Notes under the pieces: generated by a model
What the model was told of the DNA's origin: nothing
The model's input: the letters and a program-made list of their open reading frames with translations, nothing else
The model's database searches: none
Made by a program: the position numbers and the translations under genes
Origin: a bacterium
GTDB taxonomy: Bacteria > DRYD01
Reading direction: 5' to 3'
Assembly (NCBI GenBank): GCA_039630415.1
Contig: JBCNVB010000016.1
Span: forward strand, 1 to 57,924
DNA: 57,924 nt
Shown here: piece by piece, positions 9,512 to 20,069 of the stretch
How the letters are laid out: each line of letters starts with the position of its first letter
Numbering within the stretch: position 1 is the stretch's first letter

Positions 9512-11995
9512 ATGAAAACAATCAACTTTAAGGACATAGAGGAGAAATGGCAAAAATTTTGGGAAGAAAATGAGGTTTACAAAGTAGAAAAAGATGAAAC
9601 CAAAAAAAAGTACTATGTTTTGGAAATGTTTCCGTATCCTAGTGGACAACTTCACATGGGGCATGCGAGAAATTACTGCATAGGAGATGCTATTGCGAGG
9701 TATTATTTTATGAAAGGATACAATGTTTTGCATCCTATTGGTTGGGATGCTTTTGGATTACCTGCAGAAAACGCAGCCATAAAAAATAAAATCCATCCTA
9801 AATTGTGGACTCAAAACAATATCCTTAACATGAAAAAACAGCTCAAAAAACTAGGAATCTCTTATGACTGGGGCAGAGAGATAGATACCTCTTCTCCTGA
9901 ATATTATAAATTTACTCAGTGGATGTTTCTTAAACTATTTGAAAACGATATGGTATACCGAAAAAAGGGAATGGTAAATTGGTGTTATGAATGTCAAACG
10001 GTATTGGCAAATGAGCAGGTTATAGATGGTAAATGCTGGAGATGTAAACAAACTGTTGGAAAAAAAGAATTAGAACAATGGTACATTAGAATAACCAAAT
10101 ATGCTGAAAGCTTACTCGAAGAACTTGAAAAATTAAACGGTTGGAGTAATCACGTAAAACAAATGCAAATCAATTGGATAGGTAAAAGCAAAGGAGCAAG
10201 AATAAAATTTTGGGTACCAGAAATTAATGAGTACATAGAAGTTTTCACAACTAGAGCGGATACTTTACCAGGTGTTACATTTATCTCTATTGCACCAGAG
10301 CATCCAATAGTTAACAAAATTCTAGAGCTTACGAACGATCAAGTGATAAGAGAATATATTCAAAGATCAATGTCCTTAACTACTACTGAGCGGAATAAAG
10401 AAAAGACGGGAGTATTTACGAACTTTTATGCTCAAAATCCATTAAATCAGAAACTAGTTCCCATATGGATAGCAAATTATGTTTTGTGGGATTATGGTAC
10501 TGGTGCTGTGATGGGTGTACCTGCACATGATCAAAGAGACTACGATTTTGCCAAAACCTATAACTTACCAATAATTCCTGTTATAATGCCACCTTACGAA
10601 GTTAACGAGAAAGCATATGAGGAACCGGTGGGACAAATGTTTAACACCGGCTATGTTGAAGAAATAAATGTTGACGGTATGGATTGTAATCAATTCAGAA
10701 AATTTGTTGTCAAGTATCTAGAAAGCAAAGGTTTAGCAAGAGAAGAAGTTGCTTACAAAATAAAGGATTGGTTAATTTCAAGGCAGAGATACTGGGGGGC
10801 TCCAATACCGATAGTTTATTGCGATTCATGTGGTATAGTTCCTGTACCTTACGAAGATTTACCTGTATTGCTACCCGAAAATGTAAACATAACTGGAAAA
10901 GGTGATTCTCCATTGGCATATTGTCAAGAGTTTGTTAACACTACTTGTCCGAAGTGCAAGGGTAAGGCAATAAGGGAAACAGATACAATGGACACTTTCA
11001 TGTGTTCTAGCTGGTATTTCTGGAGATATACCAATCCGAAACTTACAGATAAACCTTTTGACTATGATGATTTGAAGTATTGGTTTCCGGTTGATCAATA
11101 CATAGGTGGGATAGAGCATGCTGTAATGCACTTGCTTTACTCGCGTTTCTTGAGTCACTTTCTTTATGATTTAGGATTAGTACCTTGTAAGGAGCCTTTT
11201 GAGAATTTGTTAAATCAGGGTATGGTTTGTAAAGATGGGAAAGCTATGTCTAAATCGTTGGGTAATATTGTATCTATTGAAGAGGTTGTAGAGAAGTATG
11301 GTGCTGATACGGGTAGAGTATTTGAACTTTTTGTTGCTCCTCCAGAAAAAGATATTGAATGGTCGGATAAAGGAATTGAGGGAGTTCATAGATTTATAAC
11401 CAGATATTTTAAATTCTGTGATGAGTTAATAAATTCCGTACGAAATAATTTATCAACCCCAAGAGTTAATAATAACTCTGAAGAAACCTTACCGGACAAT
11501 GCTAAAGATATTCTAAGTAAAGTTTATCTTACTCTTAAGAAAGTAACTGATGAATTTGAGACGAAAAGATATCATTTCAATACTTCAATAGCTTCGTTGA
11601 TGGAACTTTTGAATTACCTTGAGGATAGGAAGGAATTGGTTGAGAAAATGGGTAGGTATCACAAGGAGTTGATATTAGAGGTATTGATAAAGTCGATATC
11701 TCCATTTGCTCCGCATTTGGCTGAAGAGTTGTGGAGCAGATGGGGTAAAGAAGGAAGTGTTTTTAAGAGTAACTGGCCAGAAATCAAGCAGGAATATCTT
11801 TTCCAACAGAAGGTAATCATACCAATACAGATAAATGGTAAACTGAGGGGACAAGTTGAAGTGGATACTGACACTGAACTAGATCAAATACTAAACATGG
11901 TCTATCATGACCCAAAAATATACAAGTATTTGCAAGGCAAACAAATAAAAAACACTATATTTGTTAAGAATAAAATCCTTAATATAGTTATCTAA
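9512..11995 (+). CDS. leuS: Leucine--tRNA ligase (single chain)
   Basis: MFPYPSGQLHMGH (HIGH), CP1 editing motifs TTRADT and GTGAVMGVPAHDQRD, WLISRQRYWG, AMSKS, and C-terminal QINGKLRG. Confidence 0.97.
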   Translation: MKTINFKDIEEKWQKFWEENEVYKVEKDETKKKYYVLEMFPYPSGQLHMGHARNYCIGDAIARYYFMKGYNVLHPIGWDAFGLPAENAAIKNKIHPKLWTQNNILNMKKQLKKLGISYDWGREIDTSSPEYYKFTQWMFLKLFENDMVYRKKGMVNWCYECQTVLANEQVIDGKCWRCKQTVGKKELEQWYIRITKYAESLLEELEKLNGWSNHVKQMQINWIGKSKGARIKFWVPEINEYIEVFTTRADTLPGVTFISIAPEHPIVNKILELTNDQVIREYIQRSMSLTTTERNKEKTGVFTNFYAQNPLNQKLVPIWIANYVLWDYGTGAVMGVPAHDQRDYDFAKTYNLPIIPVIMPPYEVNEKAYEEPVGQMFNTGYVEEINVDGMDCNQFRKFVVKYLESKGLAREEVAYKIKDWLISRQRYWGAPIPIVYCDSCGIVPVPYEDLPVLLPENVNITGKGDSPLAYCQEFVNTTCPKCKGKAIRETDTMDTFMCSSWYFWRYTNPKLTDKPFDYDDLKYWFPVDQYIGGIEHAVMHLLYSRFLSHFLYDLGLVPCKEPFENLLNQGMVCKDGKAMSKSLGNIVSIEEVVEKYGADTGRVFELFVAPPEKDIEWSDKGIEGVHRFITRYFKFCDELINSVRNNLSTPRVNNNSEETLPDNAKDILSKVYLTLKKVTDEFETKRYHFNTSIASLMELLNYLEDRKELVEKMGRYHKELILEVLIKSISPFAPHLAEELWSRWGKEGSVFKSNWPEIKQEYLFQQKVIIPIQINGKLRGQVEVDTDTELDQILNMVYHDPKIYKYLQGKQIKNTIFVKNKILNIVI

Positions 11996-11999
11996 GTTT

Positions 12000-13016
12000 G
12001 TGGTAAAATCGAGTTGGTATAGTCTTAGAAACCTTGAATTGGAAAAATTCCTAAGAAAACTGAATAAATTTTTTGTTTGTTTTGATAGTGAGGGTGAATT
12101 AACTCATAATACCGATTCGTTTGGTGATACAGTACTGCATCAAAAATTTATAGATCAAATTATAGAAAAGATCAGGATTTTTTACATTGAAAATAGGCAA
12201 GCTCTAAAAAGATTAAAAAAAATTCAGAAAATCGATATACCTTTCGAAATAAATCATTTAACGATTAAACTAAATTTTTTGGTTGTACCTTTAAAAAGCA
12301 GAATTTGCTTTATATTGTGCAATGATTATCATTTAAAATATGAAATTCTGAAGGTAAATATAATAAATGCAATTTCTCATGAGCTTAAAACGCCTTTGAC
12401 TATTATCAAGGGCTATGTACAGTATATTATGAAAGCTCAAATAAAGCAGGAATCTCTTAGGGATATAATGCAAATAATGTTAAGTGAGATATACAGACTG
12501 GAAGAGAGAATATATGAACTTGTAGAAGTATCTAAATTTTATTCAGACTCAGTTTCCATAAAAAAGGATTCATTTTCTGTTAGTAAGTTGATAGATATGG
12601 TGGTAAGTAGGAGTATGCCAAAAATAGAGTCCAAAAAAATAGATCTTAAGGTAGAAATAGAAGGTGATGATTTTGAAATTGTGGCGGATTTTGAAAAGAT
12701 AAAGTATATGCTATCAGAGCTGCTAGAGAATGCTATAAAGTATGGAAGGGATAGAATTGTAATAAAAACATGCAAGGTAAGAAAAGGTTTTCTTTTGAGT
12801 GTCATAGATAATGGAATCGGAATGCCTAAAGAAATTGTTGATAATGTAGTCGATTTATTTATAAGAACTGATAATGAACTGTCTAGAAGGATATATGGTT
12901 TGGGTGTTGGGTTGTTCTTAGTAAAGAAAATAGTAGAGTATCATAAAGGGGAAATACAAATCTATTCCGAGCCAAATAAAGGTACTGAGTTTAAGGTTTT
13001 CATACCTTATAGTTAG
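12000..13016 (+). CDS. Cytoplasmic sensor histidine kinase
   Basis: H-box SHELKTPL, N-box ENAIKY, DNGIGM and GLGVGL; no obvious transmembrane segment. Confidence 0.9.
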   Translation: MVKSSWYSLRNLELEKFLRKLNKFFVCFDSEGELTHNTDSFGDTVLHQKFIDQIIEKIRIFYIENRQALKRLKKIQKIDIPFEINHLTIKLNFLVVPLKSRICFILCNDYHLKYEILKVNIINAISHELKTPLTIIKGYVQYIMKAQIKQESLRDIMQIMLSEIYRLEERIYELVEVSKFYSDSVSIKKDSFSVSKLIDMVVSRSMPKIESKKIDLKVEIEGDDFEIVADFEKIKYMLSELLENAIKYGRDRIVIKTCKVRKGFLLSVIDNGIGMPKEIVDNVVDLFIRTDNELSRRIYGLGVGLFLVKKIVEYHKGEIQIYSEPNKGTEFKVFIPYS

Positions 13017-13054
13017 CATATGGTAAGGAAAGCATTAAGGGTGGGAGGGGCAGA

Positions 13055-14380
13055 ATGGAAATATACAAGTATAAAGTAGCTGAAAAAATTAACATTTTAA
13101 CTGTTGAGCAGAGAGAGAAGCTATTAATACAAGCGGGATACAATCTTTTTAACATAAGTTCTAAATATGTAACGATAGATTTGCTTACTGATAGTGGTAC
13201 GAATGCTTTAAGTGATAAACAGCTTTGTATGATGATGTTGTATGATGAGTCGTATGCTGGTAGTTTGAGTTTTGAAAGATTTATGCAGAGTGCTCAAGAA
13301 TTCTGTAACAAGAGTTTTATAATTCCGGTTCATCAGGGTAGAGCTGCCGAGAAGATCCTCGCTGAAATATTATGCAAAGAGGGAATGTATGTTGTGAGTA
13401 ATGCTCATTTTGATACGGGCTTTGCTATATATAAACATCATAAGGCTATACCTATTAACTTACCTACTCCAGAGTGTATGCAAAATAGTGAGTTTCCTTT
13501 CAAGGGAAATATTGATCTTGATAGGTTTGAAAACTTTATGAAGGAAAATTATTCTAAAGTAAGCCATGTTGTTATGACGATTACAAACAATGCTGTCGGG
13601 GGTCAGCCTGTTGATCTTGATAATCTTATCCAGGCTTACAATATATCGAAAAAGTACGATAAAATCGTGGTTATAGACGGATGCAGAATAGCTGAAAATG
13701 CTATTCTCTATAAAAAGGCAAAAAATTTAAATAGCTCAATAAAGGAGATAATTCATAATTTCACCAAATATTGTGACATATTTTACATGAGTACGAAAAA
13801 AGATGGTATAGCTCATATGGGAGGTTTTTTGGCTACTGATAATGAACAATTTATACCTCTTATTAGAAAGCTAGCCATTTTGTATGAAGGTTTTCCTTCG
13901 TATGGGGGATTATCTGGAAAAGATATGGAGGTAATTGCTTGTGGTTTAAAAGAAGTACTTGAAGAAGATTATCTGGAAGATAGAATAAGACAGGTAGAGT
14001 ATTTAGGTAAGCTTTTAGAAAAGAATGATATACCAGTTATTAAGCCATTTGGTGGGCATGCTGTTTTCATTGACTCAGCTAGTTTTATTTCACACCTTAA
14101 ACCAGAGGATCTTGTTGGCCAATCTTTGGTAGTTGAGATGTATAGGTTGGGAGGAATTAGGGCTGTAGAGGTTGGAACTCTTATGTATGGTAAAGATGCG
14201 ATTAGAAACTTAGTTAGGTTAGCTATACCTAGAAGAACATACACTTATAAGCAATTGGAGTATGTCGCAGATATATTGAATCAAATATCTAAAAATAAGT
14301 ACTCTCTAAAGGGTTATAAAATAGTCCAAGCTGATCCTTTAGTACCTCATTTTACAGCCATTCTCGAGCCTGTAGGTTAG
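13055..14380 (+). CDS. tnaA: Tryptophanase (beta-eliminating lyase family)
   Basis: DLLTDSGT, HQGRAAE and PLP-lysine motif MSTKKDG. HFDT and C-terminal HFTA match tryptophanase rather than tyrosine phenol-lyase (YFTT, FFTA). Confidence 0.85.
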   Translation: MEIYKYKVAEKINILTVEQREKLLIQAGYNLFNISSKYVTIDLLTDSGTNALSDKQLCMMMLYDESYAGSLSFERFMQSAQEFCNKSFIIPVHQGRAAEKILAEILCKEGMYVVSNAHFDTGFAIYKHHKAIPINLPTPECMQNSEFPFKGNIDLDRFENFMKENYSKVSHVVMTITNNAVGGQPVDLDNLIQAYNISKKYDKIVVIDGCRIAENAILYKKAKNLNSSIKEIIHNFTKYCDIFYMSTKKDGIAHMGGFLATDNEQFIPLIRKLAILYEGFPSYGGLSGKDMEVIACGLKEVLEEDYLEDRIRQVEYLGKLLEKNDIPVIKPFGGHAVFIDSASFISHLKPEDLVGQSLVVEMYRLGGIRAVEVGTLMYGKDAIRNLVRLAIPRRTYTYKQLEYVADILNQISKNKYSLKGYKIVQADPLVPHFTAILEPVG

Positions 14381-14535
14381 AGAATTCCAGAATCCCTGGA
14401 TTAGAAAATTCCAATTACTTCTAGATCATACGTGTAAAAATATTGTAAAATTTTTTTATATAAATCTTTACAGAGAATTCTTTTTGAATATTTTAAAGTA
14501 TATAAAAAATAGCACAGCGAGGAGGATTGTACTTT

Positions 14536-15552
14536 ATGTCGTTTGTTATTGATATAGAGAATGCTGAAATCAAAAATTTTATTGAGAAGATTATTAAAAC
14601 TAATTTTGAGGAATGTTTAAGAAATTTTGTTTCTGAGAGTAAATGTAGTATCATACTTACGGATAAGATTTATACTACGATAAATAACCAGAGTTTTATG
14701 TTCTCTTCTTCTGTTAGTTCTCAAAAAGAAAATATTGCTTTTGTGATTAGAATTACTGATCATATCGAAAACGATGATATTAATTGTCCAATTATATTGA
14801 TAGATTATAATAATCCTACGAAAACTATTATAGATTTAAAAAATTTGATTTTTTTGTTGAAAAAAGCAAATGTATTTAATCATATTAGTTTGACACACGG
14901 TATTCAAAATGATTTGAAGGAATTAAAAGAAAATTTGGAGAACAACTGTACTGACTTAGAACAGGTATTGGAAGAAATGATAATGAGGATTTCATTAGCT
15001 GTAGAAGCAAAGGATGCTTTTACAGGTGATCATGTTAAGAGAGTTGCTAATTATTCAATGATTATTGCTGAAAGCTTGGGAATGGATAGTAAATTTTGTC
15101 GTATGTTATATTTATCCAGTCCATTACATGATGTTGGTAAGATTGCTATACCTGATGGTATACTACTTAAACCTTGTAAACTAACTCCTCAAGAATTTGA
15201 GGTTATAAAACAACATACTATAATTGGAAAGCATTTACTAAGTGGTTCGAAGCATGAGGTGATACAAGTTGCAGAGAAAATAGCTCTAACACATCATGAA
15301 AGGTTTGATGGTACCGGTTATCCTCTAGGTTTAAAAGGTGAAGATATACCACTTGAGGGGAGAATAGTTGCTATTTCAGATGTTTTTGATGCTTTAACCA
15401 GCAAAAGACCATATAAGGAAGCCTGGAGTATAGAGAAGGCTCTTCAGGAAATAAAGAATTCTTCCGGATCACACTTCGACCCCCAAATCGTTCAAGCATT
15501 CTTTAAATCATTACATAGAATAGTTGAAGTCAAATGTATGTTCTCGAATTAA
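14536..15552 (+). CDS. HD-GYP domain phosphodiesterase
   Basis: H..RV, LHDVGKI, HHERFDGTGYP and DVFDALTSKRPYK. ATG 14536 follows a GAGGAGG SD; the ORF track uses TTG 14527. Confidence 0.92.
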   Translation: MSFVIDIENAEIKNFIEKIIKTNFEECLRNFVSESKCSIILTDKIYTTINNQSFMFSSSVSSQKENIAFVIRITDHIENDDINCPIILIDYNNPTKTIIDLKNLIFLLKKANVFNHISLTHGIQNDLKELKENLENNCTDLEQVLEEMIMRISLAVEAKDAFTGDHVKRVANYSMIIAESLGMDSKFCRMLYLSSPLHDVGKIAIPDGILLKPCKLTPQEFEVIKQHTIIGKHLLSGSKHEVIQVAEKIALTHHERFDGTGYPLGLKGEDIPLEGRIVAISDVFDALTSKRPYKEAWSIEKALQEIKNSSGSHFDPQIVQAFFKSLHRIVEVKCMFSN

Positions 15553-15950
15553 AGGTTTTCGGATTTTAAGTCTTTCTCTATTGTTATTTCTATAACTTGT
15601 GAATTTTCTTTTAGAACAAATTTAGAGCATAAGTAGTTGAGGATATATATTGTTAAGCCATTTTTGGATAAATTTTTAATTATTTCCTGATTTGCTTGGC
15701 TTTGTATATGAGCTTTAAATTTGATTTGGTTTTCTATTTTAGCTAAATTCATTTTGATTGAGATGATAGTCGTGCTGTCTGGAAGTATTAGTAGGTTAAC
15801 TGCTTCAGATATTATTAGTTTTATGTTTTCTATTTCTTCTATTGTTACTTTCTCGTTTGATAGTAGACCACTTACTACTAAACGGGGTATTATGATTAAG
15901 TTTGATGGGAAAGATAGGTTTACTTCGGTTTGATTAGTTATTTTTTCCAT
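15549..15950 (-). CDS. Degenerate RsbW/SpoIIAB-like anti-sigma factor (HATPase_c-like)
   Basis: LSFPS...RLVVSGL...EEIENIKLIISEA resembles the RsbW N-terminus; the G boxes are eroded. Confidence 0.55.
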   Translation of the reverse strand: MEKITNQTEVNLSFPSNLIIIPRLVVSGLLSNEKVTIEEIENIKLIISEAVNLLILPDSTTIISIKMNLAKIENQIKFKAHIQSQANQEIIKNLSKNGLTIYILNYLCSKFVLKENSQVIEITIEKDLKSENL

Positions 15951-16374
15951 TTGTGTTTATAGTTTTTTTGAATGAAAATTGTTTTTGACACTTTTCACAT
16001 ATACCTTCTGCGTATAAGTTTATTTTTTCTACTTTGAAATTTCTTGCTTTGAAGAGAATTTTTAGTTCTTGTAGGGGTATATCAAAAATTTTTTCGCAAA
16101 CTTGGCAATAGAAGTTAAGGTGTTCTTTTTCTATGTAGTCGAACCTTTGTTCTTTTTTTGTTTTGATGTCCTTAATTATCTTTTTGCTCAGTAGTATATT
16201 TAGGTTGTTGTATATTGATGTTTTAGATAGAGTTGGTATCTGTTTTTTTAGGGTGGTATATATTTCTTCTGCTGTTGGATGTGTTTTGGATTTCATAATA
16301 TATTCTAGGATTTTTATTCGTATAAGTGAAGGTTTTATGTTATTTTTTTGAAGGATAAGCTGTGCTTTACTCAT
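15934..16374 (-). CDS. Fur/PerR family transcriptional regulator
   Basis: HPTAEEIY, LSKTSIYNNL and two CxxC pairs (CQVC, CEKC). Confidence 0.9.
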   Translation of the reverse strand: MSKAQLILQKNNIKPSLIRIKILEYIMKSKTHPTAEEIYTTLKKQIPTLSKTSIYNNLNILLSKKIIKDIKTKKEQRFDYIEKEHLNFYCQVCEKIFDIPLQELKILFKARNFKVEKINLYAEGICEKCQKQFSFKKTINTNGKNN

Positions 16375-16970
16375 TTTTTGTATTCTTCCTTTACTATTTT
16401 TTTGTTGTTTTTTATGACTGTGAGATTTTGATTAATTTTTTTTTCTAGGTATACTGCTAAGCAGAAAATGAGATCAGAGATTCTATTAACCATTGGTAGT
16501 ACTAATGGATTTATGGGGTATTTTTGTTTTGCTTGTACTAGTAGAGGTTCTATTTCTCTGCAAGTTGTTCTGGCCATATGTAGTGAGGAACTATATATAT
16601 CATTACCGGGTACAACAAAGTTTCTTAGGTCTTTAATTTCTTCCCAAAGTTTGTCTATTTGTTCTTCTATTTTTTGTATATCGCTCTCATTGATTCTTTC
16701 TATATTTTCTAAGTTTGTTCCTGCTAGATCTGTCATTAATTTGAAGCATATAAGTTGGATGTTTTCTATTATTTCACATATTTGATGATCGATTTTGTAT
16801 TTTTTGAGTGATTTTATGAAAGATTTTATTAGAGCTTTTGAAAATCCTAAGAAAGAAATTAGGGTATCTATTTTTCCGTAAGCTTTTACTAATGGGTCAT
16901 TTTTAGGAACTTTTTCACCACTATATAGCTTTGTATATCCATTATCTCCTATTTTGGTATATATTTTCAT
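16371..16970 (-). CDS. Cob(I)alamin adenosyltransferase, PduO type
   Basis: KIYTKIGDNGYT, FVVPG, LHMARTTCR and NRISD. Confidence 0.9.
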   Translation of the reverse strand: MKIYTKIGDNGYTKLYSGEKVPKNDPLVKAYGKIDTLISFLGFSKALIKSFIKSLKKYKIDHQICEIIENIQLICFKLMTDLAGTNLENIERINESDIQKIEEQIDKLWEEIKDLRNFVVPGNDIYSSSLHMARTTCREIEPLLVQAKQKYPINPLVLPMVNRISDLIFCLAVYLEKKINQNLTVIKNNKKIVKEEYKK

Positions 16971-16973
16971 TTG

Positions 16974-18125
16974 TTACTTTTTTGATTGTTTGTTTCTGTT
17001 GAATATTTTTGATATGAAATTTTCTGACTTTTTTGTTTCTGATGGTTGGGGTGAGTTAGAGAATAGGTGACTAATACTTTTAAGAGCTTTTATTTGTTCT
17101 GAGGTAAGTTTTGTTGGGAACATGACCTTTATTTTTATGATGAAATCTCCTTTTTTGGATGAGTTTTTTATTGGCATTCCTTGATTTTTTATTACTATTT
17201 CGGATTCTGGTTGTGTTGAGGAGGGTATATCTACTTCTATGTATCCGGTTATATGAGGTACTTTAGCTTTCGTACCTAGGATAGCGTCTATAAAGCTAAT
17301 GGGGTATTCTATGTACAGATTAGAATTTTTTCGTTTTAAGAAGGGATGATCGAGGATATTTATTTTTAGATAAAGGTCGCCATTTTTTCCACCGTTTAAA
17401 CCTTCATGTCCCATACCTTGCAAAATTAATATTTCTCCGTCTTCTATACCTGGTGGTATTGAGATTTCTATCTCTTTTTGTTGTTGAATATACCTATTTC
17501 CATTACATGTATCACAGAATTTTTGGGGTATGTATCCCCATCCTTTGCACGAATCACATGTAAAGGTACTTATAACCGTGCCCCATAGTGATTTTGATCT
17601 GTAGCTAACTTGCCCTGTGCCGTTACACTTAGGACATAGCTGTAAATCTTCTCTTTTAAACCCTAATCCCTGGCATTGTGGACAGGCTTTACTATAGGGT
17701 ATTTTTACTTTTTGTTTTTTACCAAAATATGCATCTTCCAAAGATATGGTTACCGAAAAGTTTATATCTCTACCTCTTTGTGGTCGGTATAATTCATCGA
17801 TAGGGTTTGTTTTAGAGTATGTTTTGCTGTAGGATTTGAATATAAAATCATCGAACATTTCTGAGAATAGATCGAAGATATCGACGGTGCTTGAAGTTTG
17901 TTGATAAGTATTTTGTATAGTGCCATATTTATCATACATTCTTCTTTTTTCGGGGTCACCTAGTACTTGGAAAGCTTCATTTATTTCTTTAAATTTTTTT
18001 TCGGCCTCTTCTTTATTTTGAGCTACGTCGGGATGGTAAATCTTTGCTAGTCTTCTATATGCATTTTTTATTTCTTCATCAGTAGCGTCTCTACTTACTC
18101 CTAGTATTTCATAGTAATCCTTCAT
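16974..18125 (-). CDS. dnaJ: Chaperone DnaJ
   Basis: J domain with HPD, four CxxCxGx motifs and a C-terminal substrate-binding domain. Confidence 0.95.
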   Translation of the reverse strand: MKDYYEILGVSRDATDEEIKNAYRRLAKIYHPDVAQNKEEAEKKFKEINEAFQVLGDPEKRRMYDKYGTIQNTYQQTSSTVDIFDLFSEMFDDFIFKSYSKTYSKTNPIDELYRPQRGRDINFSVTISLEDAYFGKKQKVKIPYSKACPQCQGLGFKREDLQLCPKCNGTGQVSYRSKSLWGTVISTFTCDSCKGWGYIPQKFCDTCNGNRYIQQQKEIEISIPPGIEDGEILILQGMGHEGLNGGKNGDLYLKINILDHPFLKRKNSNLYIEYPISFIDAILGTKAKVPHITGYIEVDIPSSTQPESEIVIKNQGMPIKNSSKKGDFIIKIKVMFPTKLTSEQIKALKSISHLFSNSPQPSETKKSENFISKIFNRNKQSKK

Positions 18126-18160
18126 ACTTTTATCTTCCTAGTTTTATCTTCATAGTTTTG

Positions 18161-20035
18161 TTAGCTTTCTTTTTTCTTTTTAAACCATGACAGTATATCT
18201 TCGTCAGTTACTTTTTTTATTTGTTCTAGTACTGAGGATTCTTTTGTTTTTTGTTGTGTTTGGGTTGAGGTGGTTTGTCTTTGTTCTGATATTTGTTTTT
18301 CCATTAGATTGTATAGTTCTGTACCTAGCGAATAGTTGAGAGCTCTAAGTTCATCGGTTAATTTTTTAATTTCTTCGTATTTTTTTGAGTCGATAGCTAA
18401 TTTGAGTGTTTCTATTATTCTTTTTGATTTTTCGAGCATTTGGGGGTTTAGAATTTCACTGTGGTTTTTTATTATGTTTTCTGCGGAGTCTATTTCTACG
18501 GTTGCTTGTGAAATTATTTGTTGTTCTTCTCTTATTTTTCTGTCTACTTGTGCATATTTGGCTGCTTCCTCGAGCATTCTATTAACTTCTGCTTTGTCTA
18601 GATGGAGAACAGAGTGAACTACTACTTTTTGTTTATTACCTGTTGCTAGGTCTACTGCGCTTACGTGAAGGATTCCGTCTGCATCGATTTCAAAGGTTAC
18701 CTCTATTTTGGGTATTCCTTTTGGTGCTGGTGGGATCCCTACTAGTTCGAACCTTGCTAATGATTTGTTATATTTGGCTAATTCTCTTTCTCCCTGTAGG
18801 ACATGAACTTCTACGCTTGATTGTCCATCTTGTACGGTTGTAAATATTTTTGTTTTTTTGACGGGTATTTGTGTGTTACGAGGGATAACTTTGGTAAATA
18901 CTCCTCCTGCAGTTTCGACTCCTAAGGATAATGATGTAACGTCTAAGAGTACCATTTCTTTGACGTTACCTTCTATTATGCCTGCTTGAATAGCTGCACC
19001 GAGGGCTACTACTTTGTCTGGATCTATGTCTTTTCTGGGTTCTTTATTGAAGATTTTTCTTGCCATTTCTTGAACCATTGGCATTCTTGTTGATCCGCCA
19101 ACAAGAATAACTTCATCGACTTGACCATATCTTAAATTAGCAGCTTTAAAAGCTTCTTCTACAGGATTTCTTAACCTTTCAACTAAATCTTTTGTCATTT
19201 CTTCAAATTCTTTTCTGGTAAGAGTGTAGTTTATGTGTTTAGCTCCGGTTGCATCTGAGGTTATAAATGGGATTTTTATCGTTGTTTCAAGTTTACTTGA
19301 TAGTTCAATTTTGGCTCTTTCTGCGGCTTCTAGAATTTTTTGCATTGCATCTTTTTGGATTCTAAGATCTATGGAGTATTCTTCGTAGAATTTGTTGATA
19401 ATCCAGTTCATGATTCTTTCGTCCCAGTCGTCTCCACCGAGGAAGTTATCTCCTGCTGTTCCTAGCACTTGGTATACTCCGTCTCCGATTTCGAGGATGG
19501 AAACGTCGAATGTACCCCCGCCCAAGTCAAACACTACGATGGTTTGGATTTTTTGTTGTTTATCAAAACCATAAGCCATTGCTGCTGCGGTGGGTTCATT
19601 GAGAATTCTAACTACCTCGAGTCCTGCTATCGTGCCTGCATCTTTTGTAGCTTGTCTTTGAGCATCATCGAAGTGAGCTGGTACCGTTATGACTGCCTTA
19701 TCTATTTTAGTTTCTAAGTAGCTTTCTGCATCTAGTTTTAGTTTTTGCAAAATCATTGCTGAGATTTCTTGGGGAGTATATTCTTTGTTGTCTATTTTAA
19801 CTTTATAATCTGTACCTATTTTTCTTTTTATACTTTTGATGGTTCTTTCTGGGTTAATAATGAGTTGTCTTTTAGCCAAACTTCCTACTATTCTTTCGCC
19901 GGTTTTTGTAAAATTGACGATGGAGGGTGTTAGGTGTTCTCCTTCTGAATTTGGTATTACAGTTGGTTTTCCAGCTTCTATTATTGCCATTACGCTATTA
20001 GTAGTACCCAAGTCTATACCTAGTATTTTCCCCAT
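18161..20035 (-). CDS. dnaK: Chaperone DnaK (Hsp70)
   Basis: [35 protein letters not shown] and VLQGER. Start 20035 lies 7 nt after a GAGAGGTG SD. Confidence 0.96.
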   Translation of the reverse strand: MGKILGIDLGTTNSVMAIIEAGKPTVIPNSEGEHLTPSIVNFTKTGERIVGSLAKRQLIINPERTIKSIKRKIGTDYKVKIDNKEYTPQEISAMILQKLKLDAESYLETKIDKAVITVPAHFDDAQRQATKDAGTIAGLEVVRILNEPTAAAMAYGFDKQQKIQTIVVFDLGGGTFDVSILEIGDGVYQVLGTAGDNFLGGDDWDERIMNWIINKFYEEYSIDLRIQKDAMQKILEAAERAKIELSSKLETTIKIPFITSDATGAKHINYTLTRKEFEEMTKDLVERLRNPVEEAFKAANLRYGQVDEVILVGGSTRMPMVQEMARKIFNKEPRKDIDPDKVVALGAAIQAGIIEGNVKEMVLLDVTSLSLGVETAGGVFTKVIPRNTQIPVKKTKIFTTVQDGQSSVEVHVLQGERELAKYNKSLARFELVGIPPAPKGIPKIEVTFEIDADGILHVSAVDLATGNKQKVVVHSVLHLDKAEVNRMLEEAAKYAQVDRKIREEQQIISQATVEIDSAENIIKNHSEILNPQMLEKSKRIIETLKLAIDSKKYEEIKKLTDELRALNYSLGTELYNLMEKQISEQRQTTSTQTQQKTKESSVLEQIKKVTDEDILSWFKKKKES

Positions 20036-20069
20036 ATTCATGCACCTCTCTCATATTATTAATTTTACA

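Noticed and set aside
13017-13054. TnaC-type leader peptide before tryptophanase
   Set aside because: Only 38 nt separate it from the upstream kinase gene, leaving no room for a leader ORF.
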